Shown piece after piece: positions 38,390 to 48,018 of a DNA stretch of 55,795 bases. The DNA is from Campylobacterota bacterium (GTDB lineage Bacteria > Campylobacterota > Campylobacteria > Campylobacterales > Sulfurimonadaceae), in the NCBI GenBank assembly GCA_034717975.1, contig JAYEMF010000149.1, positions 7,533 through 63,327 of the forward strand. The letters run 5' to 3'. Each line of letters begins with the position of its first letter. The stretch's first letter is position 1. A model generated the notes under the pieces. That model was not told the origin of the DNA. It worked only from the letters and a program-made list of their open reading frames with translations, and searched no databases. Made by a program: the position numbers and the translations under genes.

Positions 38390-38743
38390 ATGAAACAGAT
38401 GATGAAGATTGGTTCGGCAGCAGTGATATCTGCATTTTTGATGGTGGGATGTAGTTCTAAAGAGGCTGATACTTCAGCAGGAGATGCAAAACATGCGGAT
38501 GCGGTCCATGTCGAAAATGTTACAGTTGAGCAGCTGCATAAGGCTGTCATGGCAGCTGGAGAAGCTGAAGGCTGGAAAATGACTGAGTTTAAAAGCAATG
38601 AGATCCTGGCAGAAAAATTTGGTGATGATGAAGCCTCAGTCAGTATCAAACTCAGCAGACATGGATATGAGATCCATGGAGACAATGCAGGTGACCTAGA
38701 GGATGCCATCGAAGAGCAGCTCTCGGCAGAATCTTCACATTAA
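38390..38743 (+). CDS. Putative lipoprotein
   Basis: Lipobox MVG-C; RBS aaggaag; ATG 38390. Confidence 0.75.
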   Translation: MKQMMKIGSAAVISAFLMVGCSSKEADTSAGDAKHADAVHVENVTVEQLHKAVMAAGEAEGWKMTEFKSNEILAEKFGDDEASVSIKLSRHGYEIHGDNAGDLEDAIEEQLSAESSH

Positions 38744-38744
38744 T

Positions 38745-39092
38745 ATGGAAAAAGTACTTGGAGTGATCCTTGTAATGGTCTATGTCGTATGGTTGATGAG
38801 CGGGGGAGCAAAACCTTCCTCATCCGGAGGCATAACCGAACCGGAACTGATGCCATCTCCAACAGTGAATTTATCTCAAAAGCAGATGCATGATGTTATA
38901 AAAACTGTAGGTAAAAACTGTGGATGGGTCATGACCGAGTATAAAAGCAATGCACTTATTGCTGAAAAGATGCAAGGCGAGAATGCTATCTCAGCCACCA
39001 TTACGTTTGATGGATCTTCTTTTACCATCTCATCAGATAGTAAATCGGAATTTAGCAAGTTGCAAAATGCGATCAATCGAGCATTGCGTTAG
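38745..39092 (+). CDS. Paralog of the upstream lipoprotein, lacking the lipobox Cys
   Basis: GWVMTEYKSNALIAEK versus GWKMTEFKSNEILAEK; ATG 38745. Confidence 0.7.
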   Translation: MEKVLGVILVMVYVVWLMSGGAKPSSSGGITEPELMPSPTVNLSQKQMHDVIKTVGKNCGWVMTEYKSNALIAEKMQGENAISATITFDGSSFTISSDSKSEFSKLQNAINRALR

Positions 39093-39483
39093 TATCTAGC
39101 AGCTCTCCAAACATTTCTGCATCGGCATACCCGTATATATTCTCGCCAACAAAAAGCTCTTCACCGTTTAAAAAGAAAACGGATGGATACTCCAGGGTAT
39201 AGAGCATCTCGATGGGATAGCTCTCCTTTTGCCCTTTTCTCACCAATGCCGATACAAACTTCTCATTTATTTTTTTAATATAGGGCTGATCCATAAAGGT
39301 CGTACGCAGCATCTTATGACATAACGGGCAATTCTCGTCGATGAGCAGTACCATCAGCAGCTTGTTCTCTTTGAGCGCTTTTTGATGGGCCTGATCGTAA
39401 CTGCCCTGCCAGCTTATATGTTCAGCCTGTAGTACTGCTGCAAAGAGCAGTATCCAGCAGAGTCTTTGTATGATCCCTCTCAT
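39073..39483 (-). CDS. Periplasmic thioredoxin-family protein
   Basis: Signal peptide, CPLC, YPS cis-Pro motif. Confidence 0.8.
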   Translation of the reverse strand: MRGIIQRLCWILLFAAVLQAEHISWQGSYDQAHQKALKENKLLMVLLIDENCPLCHKMLRTTFMDQPYIKKINEKFVSALVRKGQKESYPIEMLYTLEYPSVFFLNGEELFVGENIYGYADAEMFGELLDTNAMLD

Positions 39484-39486
39484 CGG

Positions 39487-40563
39487 TTAGCGGATATCAT
39501 ACTCGATAAGATCACCTTCCATACTTTTGAAGAAGGCTGTTATGGCATCGATCTGGTCTTGTGTCAGGTCAAGACCAAGCTGGTTTCGTCCCATCAGAAA
39601 GATCGCATCATCAAGCTCTTTGACTACACCGTTATGGAAGTAGGGACCAGTCTGGGTGATGTTGCGCAATATCGGTACGCGGAAGTACTGTGTACCGTCT
39701 CTGCCCATAAATCCGCCCCGGTTCTCAATCGGGTAGGGGTGGTAAGGTTTGAAGTTGAGCTTGAGGCTTTTGAACTCCCGTTTCTTCGTCTTTTCATTAT
39801 AGACCATGGTCAGGTCAATGAGTGCATTGTAGTCACGCAGCGGAAATTTCTGCATCTTCTGCCCGCCGACACCATGGCCGAAATGGCACCCTTTACAGCC
39901 TATGTCGATGAAAAGTTCCAATCCCCGTTTTGCTTGATCGCTCATGGCATCGTCATCGCCTTCCAGAAAGGCGTCGAACTTGTCACGGGTAATTAGTGAT
40001 TTTTCATACACGGCGATCGCCTTGGTGATATTGTCAAAGGTTACAGGGTTATCACCGCCGTAGATGGCTTTAAACTGCTCTACATATTTTGGTTTTTCTT
40101 TGACACGCTCTTCTACTAGTTCTGGTGTGGAAGCCATCTCAAAAGGGGCCTGTGTCGGTCCCTTGGCCTGATCACGCAGGGTAGGGCTTCGTCCGTCCCA
40201 GAAGAGGTGCTTTGAAAAGGCGGTGTTGAGGACTGTCGGTGAGTTGAGATGGTGGGGGTTTGGAAGCTTGTTATGCCCGATTGCCGTCGGCAGACCATCT
40301 TCGCCGCCAAGCTCCAGGTCATGACACTTGGCGCAGGCGATCTTCCGGCTTTTGGAGAGGTCCTTGTCGAAAAAGAGATCTTTCCCAAGTCTATGTTTTT
40401 CCGGCGTCATCGGATTTTCCGGGTCATCTACCACCGCTTTGAGCTTTTCATAATCGGTCGGCATACTCAGCAGACCTTTGGCAAAAGCTTTCTGGCGCAG
40501 TTCATCCGAATCGATGGCAAAAAGCAGGGTACTCGCAAGTAAGAGAGGAAGATAGGGTTTCAT
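39487..40563 (-). CDS. Diheme cytochrome c peroxidase family protein
   Basis: CAKCH, NSPTV.N, FWDGR, CKGCH, FRVP.LRN, PYFHNG. Confidence 0.9.
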   Translation of the reverse strand: MKPYLPLLLASTLLFAIDSDELRQKAFAKGLLSMPTDYEKLKAVVDDPENPMTPEKHRLGKDLFFDKDLSKSRKIACAKCHDLELGGEDGLPTAIGHNKLPNPHHLNSPTVLNTAFSKHLFWDGRSPTLRDQAKGPTQAPFEMASTPELVEERVKEKPKYVEQFKAIYGGDNPVTFDNITKAIAVYEKSLITRDKFDAFLEGDDDAMSDQAKRGLELFIDIGCKGCHFGHGVGGQKMQKFPLRDYNALIDLTMVYNEKTKKREFKSLKLNFKPYHPYPIENRGGFMGRDGTQYFRVPILRNITQTGPYFHNGVVKELDDAIFLMGRNQLGLDLTQDQIDAITAFFKSMEGDLIEYDIR

Positions 40564-40665
40564 AATATTACCTCGTAGACCATTAATACATTAGATTATA
40601 TCACAATGAAGAGGATTGCCCCGCTGTACAAGCTCAATCAAAAAGTTGCAGGATATAATGCCGTC

Positions 40666-41634
40666 ATGTTTAATTCTATTGCGAAGACTTTTTTTATTAC
40701 TACGATGCTCATGCTCCTCTGCATGACAGCTTCTGCCAAAGATATCAAGCCACTCTTTCGCCTGCAGTCACAGGGTGCAGTAACCGACTTTGTCATTGAT
40801 GGTCTTGAACTCTATGCCTCCAACGACATAGGGACAGTCGATGTCTTTGATCTGGGGAGTCGTAAGAAGATCGCCGAGATAGTGCTTGAGCCACTTTATG
40901 ACCATGTGGGTGAGCCGATAGCTCCAAGAATTCTGAGTGTCGATCGCCGCAACGGAAAGACAGTGATTGTCAGTACCGGAAATAACGGATATCGCAATGT
41001 CTGGATGCATGACGGCCAACGTCTTGAACAGATTATCGGTCCCAAAGACAAGCTTTGTATCAAAGAGGCCCGTTTTATTGATGATGAGCGGCTGATGTTC
41101 GGGACGCTTGCCTATGAGATGATGCTCTATGATCTTTCAGACGGTTACAGTGCCTACAAACACCAGATTGCCCAGGGTGCCTTTTCCGATGTCGTACTAA
41201 GTGAAGACCGTACGAAGATGATCGCTGCCGATGAGAGTGGCGAAGTGACGCTGATGGATGTTGAACAGGCTAAAGTCCTTCATGTCCTCGCTTCAGAAAA
41301 TGTCGATAACGTATACAAAGTGGCTCACAGTAAGGGTACGGTGATTACGGCTGGTCAGGACAGGCGTGTAGGGGTCTATCTGCAGGAGGGAAGATCATAC
41401 CATCTCAAGAGTGATTTTCTTGTCTACTGTGTAGGCTTGAGCCCAAGCGGAAAGATTGGCGTCTACTCCAGCGGAGAAGAGAGTGACCTGCAGGTGTTTA
41501 ATACCCGAACAGCTCAAGAAAGCCATCGTCTTGTCGGTCACGACAGGATCGTGACGAACATCTCTTTTATCAATGAAAATGAACTGTTCAGTTCAGGTGA
41601 TGAACCTTATATCTTTTTTTGGAAGTTGGATTAA
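40666..41634 (+). CDS. Periplasmic WD40-repeat protein (NapL-like)
   Basis: Signal peptide, beta-propeller repeats (TAGQDRRV, LVGH...FFW). Start uncertain (40606/40666/40705). Confidence 0.7.
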   Translation: MFNSIAKTFFITTMLMLLCMTASAKDIKPLFRLQSQGAVTDFVIDGLELYASNDIGTVDVFDLGSRKKIAEIVLEPLYDHVGEPIAPRILSVDRRNGKTVIVSTGNNGYRNVWMHDGQRLEQIIGPKDKLCIKEARFIDDERLMFGTLAYEMMLYDLSDGYSAYKHQIAQGAFSDVVLSEDRTKMIAADESGEVTLMDVEQAKVLHVLASENVDNVYKVAHSKGTVITAGQDRRVGVYLQEGRSYHLKSDFLVYCVGLSPSGKIGVYSSGEESDLQVFNTRTAQESHRLVGHDRIVTNISFINENELFSSGDEPYIFFWKLD

Positions 41635-41672
41635 CAGGGTGGATTTCAGCCATTAATATTACTTTACACCCT

Positions 41673-42569
41673 TTAACGGGAGATATCCTCATAGGCACTG
41701 CCGATATCATCCGATCTGCCTGTAATAAAAAGCAGTACTGCGGCATTGAGTCTTGCCAGCTTCAAAAACTCATCTGAAGGGTTGTTGATCTGTGCGATGG
41801 ACTCTTCCAGCGTGATCCTCTCCCATGATTTTTTGTAATTGACTCCGTAAAATTCAGGATCGATGATGGTTTCGCTGACCTCGCCGTTTTCGGCGATCCA
41901 GAGACGGCCTTTGCTGAATAGTTCCGGCGTCCCTTCATTGCCCTGTATCAGTGCAAAACGCTTGTAACGGTCGGCAAAAGTATCAATATATTTTTGGACA
42001 TAGGGTTTATGAAAAACACCGGTGAGCGCATAGGGACTCTCAGCGATATACGTGAGTTTTTCGATCGTATTAAAGGCAGTTCTCAGACCTAGGCGTTGAC
42101 GTATCTGCGTAAGGTTATGAAGTTCGGGAAAAAAATCTTTGCGGTCAAAATAGTGCAGATGCGAACCCGGTTCAATCTGCTGCATGATATCCCTGGTAGT
42201 AATGCCCCCTTTTGCCGGTTGCAGCAGATCGCCGGTGAGGACGAGATGCAGATCTGTCGATTCGAGTATTTTGGCTACAAGCGGAACGATATAGGGGTTC
42301 TTGGCTTTGCCGTCAAATGGATAGCCCAGTTCAATGGAGTTTTCGACCTTCTGTGGGGTGATATAGCTGTCGCAGACATGCAGTGCCCCGCGAAATTCAT
42401 CAATGGTTTCCGGTTTAAGACGCCATCCCAGTAAAAAAGCGGCGATCTCTTCAGGAGATACACTCTGGTCGAGGATCTGGCGCATCATATCCTGAGCTTC
42501 TTCATAAGTAAGATCACGGTTGCCTTTGACCCCGGTCCCGACAGCATGTAAATAGGTGCGAAAATTCAT
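41673..42569 (-). CDS. Glycosyl transferase family 3 / YbiB-like (TrpD2) protein
   Basis: VGTG.KG.RDL...EA, AFLLG.R.K.ET, R..LGLR...NT.EK, GVFH.PY, GNEG. Confidence 0.78.
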   Translation of the reverse strand: MNFRTYLHAVGTGVKGNRDLTYEEAQDMMRQILDQSVSPEEIAAFLLGWRLKPETIDEFRGALHVCDSYITPQKVENSIELGYPFDGKAKNPYIVPLVAKILESTDLHLVLTGDLLQPAKGGITTRDIMQQIEPGSHLHYFDRKDFFPELHNLTQIRQRLGLRTAFNTIEKLTYIAESPYALTGVFHKPYVQKYIDTFADRYKRFALIQGNEGTPELFSKGRLWIAENGEVSETIIDPEFYGVNYKKSWERITLEESIAQINNPSDEFLKLARLNAAVLLFITGRSDDIGSAYEDISR

Positions 42570-42696
42570 AATGTACTACTCTTTTTTTTGCTGATAGTGT
42601 ACTGAAAGTTTTTTAAATGATGAACTTGCTTCGTAAAATGGATAAAAATCACAGTTTTATTAGATAAAATCATAACAATAAAATCAGGAGAACCGT

Positions 42697-44514
42697 TTGT
42701 CAAGACTGCTTATACTCTTTTTATTTACCGTCACACTTTTTTCTGCGCCAATGAAATTTTTAATGCCGGATGAAGCGTTTACCCCATCGGCAACACTCAG
42801 CGACAGCCATTTGAGTATCAACGCCAAGATCGAACCTGCCGAAGAGATCTATATCTATGAAGAGTATCTTAAGGCAGTACTTAAAGAGGGTAGTGGCGTT
42901 ATCATTAAAGATCTCAAGATAAGCGAGTCGGTAGAGCATCATGGTGAACAGGTTTTTCTTGAACCGGTCCATCTTGAGATCACTCTTGCCAAAGAAGCAG
43001 GTCTCACCGGAGTGAAAGAGGTCACACTTCTGCTTGGCTTTCAGGGGTGTTCTGAAAAGGGGCTCTGCTATGAACCGTTAGAGAAGAGCTTTACTTTTCA
43101 GGTCGATACGGCCAAGCTCCCGGAAGCTGCCTTGCCTTCACTCGCTGCTTTGACAAAAAAGAGAGCTGAACCAGTTGTCGCACCTGCCGAGGTCAAGGAT
43201 GTAGTATCTGAAACAGACCAGATCGCTGAAACGATCAAGCAGGGCAATATCGGGCTGATCCTGCTCACTTTCTTTGGATTTGGACTGCTGCTCTCACTGA
43301 CACCTTGTATCTTCCCGATGATCCCGATCCTCTCGAGTGTGATTGTTTCGCAGGGGAACGGTATTACCGTTAAACGTGCCTTTTTCCTCTCGCTTGTTTA
43401 TGTGCTGGCTATGTCGGTTGCCTATACGATTGCCGGTGTGCTTGCCGGCCTTTTTGGTGCAAACCTTCAGGCGGCTTTTCAGACCCCATGGGTGATCATC
43501 TCGTTTTCACTGCTCTTTGTGCTGCTCTCTTTATCCATGTTTGGCATGTATGAACTGCAGCTGCCAAATTTTCTTCAGTCGCGCCTGACCAAGGCGGGGG
43601 AGAGTCACAGCGGCGTTGCCGGTGTGGCTATTATGGGCTTTTTATCGGCATTGATCGTCGGCCCCTGTGTTGCGGCACCGCTTGCGGGAGCTTTGATCTA
43701 TATCGGACAGACAGGCGATGCGGTTATTGGCGGTATGGCACTGTTTGCACTCAGTATCGGTATGGGTGTACCGCTGCTTATCGTCGGGACGACAGCCGGT
43801 AAGTTTATGCCGCGTCCGGGTGAGTGGATGGAAAACATCAAAGCCTTCTTCGGTGTCTTGCTGATCGGTGTGGCGATCTGGATGATAAGCCGTATCGTCC
43901 CGGCTCCTGTAACACTGCTGTTAACCTCTTTCCTGCTGGTCTTTGTCGCGGTTCACCTTGGCGCTTTTGAAGCTATTGGCAAGGAGTGTGTCCGATGTGG
44001 ACTGGCCAGCAAAAAAGCGGCAGGGGTCCTGATCTTTATGTATGCATTGATGCTTTTTATCGGCGGGTTTACCGGCGGCTCAAGCCTGCTCAATCCGCTT
44101 GCAAAAGTAACCGCTCCGCAAAGTATGATGACAACGGCCTGTGAAGAGGCTGCTCCTGCAGAAGCACAATTTACAGTTATAGGTTCGGAGAGTGAACTTG
44201 AAGCGATAATTGCCAAATCAAAAGGCAAAAAAATCCTGCTTGACTTTTATGCTGACTGGTGTGTCTCATGCAAGGAGCTTGAAGAGATCACCTTCGCCGA
44301 TCCGGCTGTTAAAGCGAAGATGTCCGAGTTTGTACTGGTCCAGGCTGATGTGACCGATAACAGCGATGCCCAAAAAGCGCTTACTAAACGTTTCGGCCTT
44401 TTTGGCCCTCCGGGGATCATCTTCTTTGATGAAGAGGGCAGTGAGATGAAAGGTCGTGAACTTGTCGGTTTCAAGCCGCCGGCAGAATTTCTTTCACATT
44501 TGAATCAACTTTAG
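42697..44514 (+). CDS. dsbD: Thiol:disulfide interchange protein DsbD
   Basis: QGCSEKGLCY, LTPCIFPM, GPCV, YADWCVSC. Confidence 0.95.
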   Translation: MSRLLILFLFTVTLFSAPMKFLMPDEAFTPSATLSDSHLSINAKIEPAEEIYIYEEYLKAVLKEGSGVIIKDLKISESVEHHGEQVFLEPVHLEITLAKEAGLTGVKEVTLLLGFQGCSEKGLCYEPLEKSFTFQVDTAKLPEAALPSLAALTKKRAEPVVAPAEVKDVVSETDQIAETIKQGNIGLILLTFFGFGLLLSLTPCIFPMIPILSSVIVSQGNGITVKRAFFLSLVYVLAMSVAYTIAGVLAGLFGANLQAAFQTPWVIISFSLLFVLLSLSMFGMYELQLPNFLQSRLTKAGESHSGVAGVAIMGFLSALIVGPCVAAPLAGALIYIGQTGDAVIGGMALFALSIGMGVPLLIVGTTAGKFMPRPGEWMENIKAFFGVLLIGVAIWMISRIVPAPVTLLLTSFLLVFVAVHLGAFEAIGKECVRCGLASKKAAGVLIFMYALMLFIGGFTGGSSLLNPLAKVTAPQSMMTTACEEAAPAEAQFTVIGSESELEAIIAKSKGKKILLDFYADWCVSCKELEEITFADPAVKAKMSEFVLVQADVTDNSDAQKALTKRFGLFGPPGIIFFDEEGSEMKGRELVGFKPPAEFLSHLNQL

Positions 44515-44521
44515 GATATTC

Positions 44522-44917
44522 ATGAAAAAACTTTTAACGCTATCACTGCTCTTATGTCTATCACTGTTTGCCGAACCGGAGTGGGCAGACTCCTATGACA
44601 AGGGCTTGGAGCAGGCTGCCGCAGAGCAGAAGATGGTACTGGTCATGCTCTCCAGAGAGGATTGCGATGCCTGCTGGTATATGGAAAATATAGTCTTTGA
44701 AGATGATGATCTGGTTGATGAGATTACGCCTGAGTTTGTCTGGGTTCATATCGATGTCAATGATGACCGTGTTCCGCAGGCGATGAAGTATGTGGGAACA
44801 CCGACATTTCATTTTCTCAATAGTGAGGGAAAAAAGATCGGCCACTTGAACGGTGGTACAAATATTCAGGACTTTAGAAACAAGATCAAAGAAGTCAAAT
44901 TAAAAAAACAGGGGTAA
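44522..44917 (+). CDS. Periplasmic thioredoxin-family protein (SoxW-like)
   Basis: Signal peptide, CDAC, GTPT; follows dsbD. Confidence 0.8.
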   Translation: MKKLLTLSLLLCLSLFAEPEWADSYDKGLEQAAAEQKMVLVMLSREDCDACWYMENIVFEDDDLVDEITPEFVWVHIDVNDDRVPQAMKYVGTPTFHFLNSEGKKIGHLNGGTNIQDFRNKIKEVKLKKQG

Positions 44918-44923
44918 GTAGAT

Positions 44924-45292
44924 ATGAAAAAAATTGTTTTAGCGGTACTCTCTTTAGCGCTTTTTGCGTTGAGTGCCAATGCATACAGTACCGAGTACTC
45001 AGCCAAACAGTATCAAAAACGTTACTGTAAAGAGAAGACGACTTCACAGCTTCAACAAGATTATAAAGCAGCTGCGGCAGAGATGGATCAACTCATTAAA
45101 GATGGCAGTGAAGCGTGTAAAAATGCCGGTGAGACCTTCAATACGATGAAAGCTGAACGGAAGGGTCGAAAACTTTATGATCACTGTGAGTCCTACCGTC
45201 ACGGTGAGATACGTAAGCAGATCCACAAAAACAAGATTATCAAGAGGGCAAGTGAGCTCGAGCTTGAAAGCCGGGGTGTCAAAAGCGAATAA
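44924..45292 (+). CDS. Secreted hypothetical protein
   Basis: Signal peptide ending ANA, helical, three Cys. Confidence 0.65.
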   Translation: MKKIVLAVLSLALFALSANAYSTEYSAKQYQKRYCKEKTTSQLQQDYKAAAAEMDQLIKDGSEACKNAGETFNTMKAERKGRKLYDHCESYRHGEIRKQIHKNKIIKRASELELESRGVKSE

Positions 45293-45307
45293 ACTCGAAA
45301 AAACAGA

Positions 45308-46030
45308 TCAGATATTGGACGTGGCAGCAAAGCTGGCAAGTCTTGTTACATAGAGATTATCGCTTTGTTCTGCAAGTTCTTTTGCCATTTCTTTGTCAAC
45401 AGTGTTGCGAAATATCTTTATAAAGGCCGCTTTGATCGCTTTTATATCTTCTCTGTTGTCAAGCAGACGTCTCAGGCCAATGTTGTTTAACCCTTTAATG
45501 GTCGCCCGGTTTCCTTCTACAAGACAGTAAGGCGGCATGTCGTGGGTAATGTAGGAGGCTCCGCCGATCATCACGCCTGTACCGATGGTATTGCCGGCCT
45601 CTATTGTAGTGAGACCGCCGACGATCACTCTCTCTTCGCAGGTCACATCTTCCAGAAGGGTAACGGTATTGGTAAGGATGCATGCATCACCGAGTGTTAC
45701 ACCGGGATAGAGCTGGACGTAGGCCATGATGAAGTTGTCTCTGCCGATCTCTATGGAAGAGGATGTCTCATTCTGGTTTCCGATCTGGGAAAATTCACGG
45801 ATGTGACTGTTTTCGCCGACAGAGATGGAAGCGTTGCCGTTGCCGATCTTTACGAATGAGAAGAGTCTGACATTCTCTTTGAGTGTTACCGGACCCGTGA
45901 TGATGACATGTGCCTGAAGAACGGCGCCTTTTTCGATAATAACGTTTTTACCGATCTGACAAAACGGACCGATTGTCACATCATCAGCGACAGAAGCGGC
46001 AGGATCGATCAGTGCAGTCGGATGGATCAT
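45308..46030 (-). CDS. LpxA-like hexapeptide-repeat protein lacking catalytic residues
   Basis: MIHPTALID, IRE, NFIMAY, D.PPY...GN.A...GLN..GLRR; HxxHD, GH and HQ motifs absent. Confidence 0.8.
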   Translation of the reverse strand: MIHPTALIDPAASVADDVTIGPFCQIGKNVIIEKGAVLQAHVIITGPVTLKENVRLFSFVKIGNGNASISVGENSHIREFSQIGNQNETSSSIEIGRDNFIMAYVQLYPGVTLGDACILTNTVTLLEDVTCEERVIVGGLTTIEAGNTIGTGVMIGGASYITHDMPPYCLVEGNRATIKGLNNIGLRRLLDNREDIKAIKAAFIKIFRNTVDKEMAKELAEQSDNLYVTRLASFAATSNI

Positions 46031-46923
46031 GTTTCGGTTGCCACTTCCAGCGTGATGATACTGTCTTCGATGGTCGCGAGTGAACCGCGCTCATCAGTTT
46101 TAAGATAGTGAATGAAGGCTTCAACCTCTTTGAGCAGTGGTTCATCTTTTTTAATATGGCATCCGCGCAATACATAGGAGTTGTTGACATGATAATCGGA
46201 GTATTCGGTAAGACTTTGTGAGATAAGATCGGCTTCAAGGTAAGACTCTTTGCACGCTACCTCGATCTTTCGTTTTTTAAACGGCGTCAGCCAGTTGGTC
46301 GTGATATCGGCGATGATGGAATCTTCCAGTTCAAAGGAGAGGACGGCATTGTCCTCATGGTGATTGTGGATTTTTCGGGATTTGAAGATCGCCTTGTCCA
46401 GGATGTTGCGGTGCGTGATAAAACGGAGCAGGTCGATATCGTGGACTGAGAGGTCGGTAAGTACGCCTACATCGGCAATACGTGGCGGAAAAGGCCCGAC
46501 ACGGGTAACGGCGACAGAGTAGATCTCTTTCCCTTCAAGTTCACTTTTGAGAGCCTGGACGACCGGATTGAAACGCTCGACATGACCGACACAGCTTTTA
46601 AGCCCTTTTGCTTCCACCGCCTTCTGGATAGCTTTGGCATCGTAGATCGTAGACGCGACAGGTTTTTCAATGAAGATATGGACACCGCGGTCGATACAGT
46701 GCATTGCTACCTCTTTATGCAAAAAAGTCGGTACAACGATGATAGCCGCATCAGGTTTGGCCTCATCGAGCATAGTCTCTACATCATGAAAAAACGGCTC
46801 TTCATAGGTGTCGTTTTGAATGACATCGCAGAGCGCGCAGATATTGACATCGTCAAGTTCCTTCAAGATGCGATAGTGGTTGCGTCCCATGGAGCCAAGC
46901 CCGATCAGTGCAATACTGATCAT
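46027..46923 (-). CDS. gnnA: UDP-GlcNAc 3-dehydrogenase GnnA (Gfo/Idh/MocA family)
   Basis: GLGSMG, EKP, GHVERFNP, DLSVHDID; lies between lpxB/aminotransferase and the lpxA-like gene. Confidence 0.75.
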   Translation of the reverse strand: MISIALIGLGSMGRNHYRILKELDDVNICALCDVIQNDTYEEPFFHDVETMLDEAKPDAAIIVVPTFLHKEVAMHCIDRGVHIFIEKPVASTIYDAKAIQKAVEAKGLKSCVGHVERFNPVVQALKSELEGKEIYSVAVTRVGPFPPRIADVGVLTDLSVHDIDLLRFITHRNILDKAIFKSRKIHNHHEDNAVLSFELEDSIIADITTNWLTPFKKRKIEVACKESYLEADLISQSLTEYSDYHVNNSYVLRGCHIKKDEPLLKEVEAFIHYLKTDERGSLATIEDSIITLEVATET

Positions 46924-46926
46924 CGG

Positions 46927-48018
46927 TTATCCTTTAATTGAGTTGACAATAAAATCCTGCTGCTCTTCGGTGAGGTAGGGGCTCATCGGCAGCGACATGA
47001 TCTCTTCGCTTATTTTCTCGGAGACCGGAAAGTCGCCTTTGCTGTAGCCAAGCTCTGCAAAGGCTTCCTGGAGATGCAGCGGTACCGGGTAGTGTACGGC
47101 CGTCGGTACTCCGGCATCGCCTAGCCTGGCGACCATCGCCGCACGGTCCTTGACACGAACAGAGTACTGGGCATAGACACTGCTGCGATCCGTTTCGACA
47201 GCCGGTGTGATGACATCGGCACTCTCAAGCAGTTCACTGTAGCGCTTTCCGATGCTTTCACGCGCTTTGACCTCCTTGTCAAAATGGGCAAGTTTGACGT
47301 TCAATACAGCAGCCTGTACAGCATCGAGACGGCCGTTGATACCGATGTATTTGTGTTTGTAGCGCTCATTTTGCCCATGGTTCAGCAGCATACGGATCTT
47401 CTCTGCGATGGCATCGTCACTGGTGAAAATTGCTCCGCCGTCACCATAGGCACCCAGCGGCTTGGAAGGGAAGAACGAGGTGCACCCTATGGTGGAAAGG
47501 TTGCAGGACTTATTGCCCTGATACTCAGCACCGAAGCTCTGGCAGGCATCTTCGATAACAGGGATATTGTGTCTGTCTGCGATGGCGTTAATGGCATCCA
47601 TGTCGGCACACTGCCCGTAAAGAGAGACCGGCATGATCACTTTCGTCCGTTCGGTGATGGCATCTTCGATCTGTGCCGTATCGATGTTGTAGCTCTTTTC
47701 ATCAATATCTATAAAGACAGGCCTGGCACCCAAAAAGGCTATGACTTCTGCTGTAGCGATAAAGGTAAACGGCGTAGTGATCACTTCATCGCCAGCCTTG
47801 ATATCCAGTGCCATCAAAGAGAGTAACAGAGCATCGGTACCGCTGCTGCAGCCGATGGCATGTTTGGCACCGGTATATTCAGCCAGGTTCTTTTCCAATG
47901 CCTGAAGTTTAGACCCGCCGATAAACTGTGCCGAGGTGAAGACCTCTTTGACCTCACGGTCGATCTCTTCTTGATACTCTTGGTACTGTGCCTGTAGGTC
48001 TATAAAATTAATCTTCAT
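46927..48018 (-). CDS. gnnB: UDP-3-keto-GlcNAc aminotransferase GnnB (DegT family)
   Basis: SGTDAL, EDACQSFG, SFFPSKPLG.YGDGG; gnnA/lpxB context. Confidence 0.75.
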   Translation of the reverse strand: MKINFIDLQAQYQEYQEEIDREVKEVFTSAQFIGGSKLQALEKNLAEYTGAKHAIGCSSGTDALLLSLMALDIKAGDEVITTPFTFIATAEVIAFLGARPVFIDIDEKSYNIDTAQIEDAITERTKVIMPVSLYGQCADMDAINAIADRHNIPVIEDACQSFGAEYQGNKSCNLSTIGCTSFFPSKPLGAYGDGGAIFTSDDAIAEKIRMLLNHGQNERYKHKYIGINGRLDAVQAAVLNVKLAHFDKEVKARESIGKRYSELLESADVITPAVETDRSSVYAQYSVRVKDRAAMVARLGDAGVPTAVHYPVPLHLQEAFAELGYSKGDFPVSEKISEEIMSLPMSPYLTEEQQDFIVNSIKG

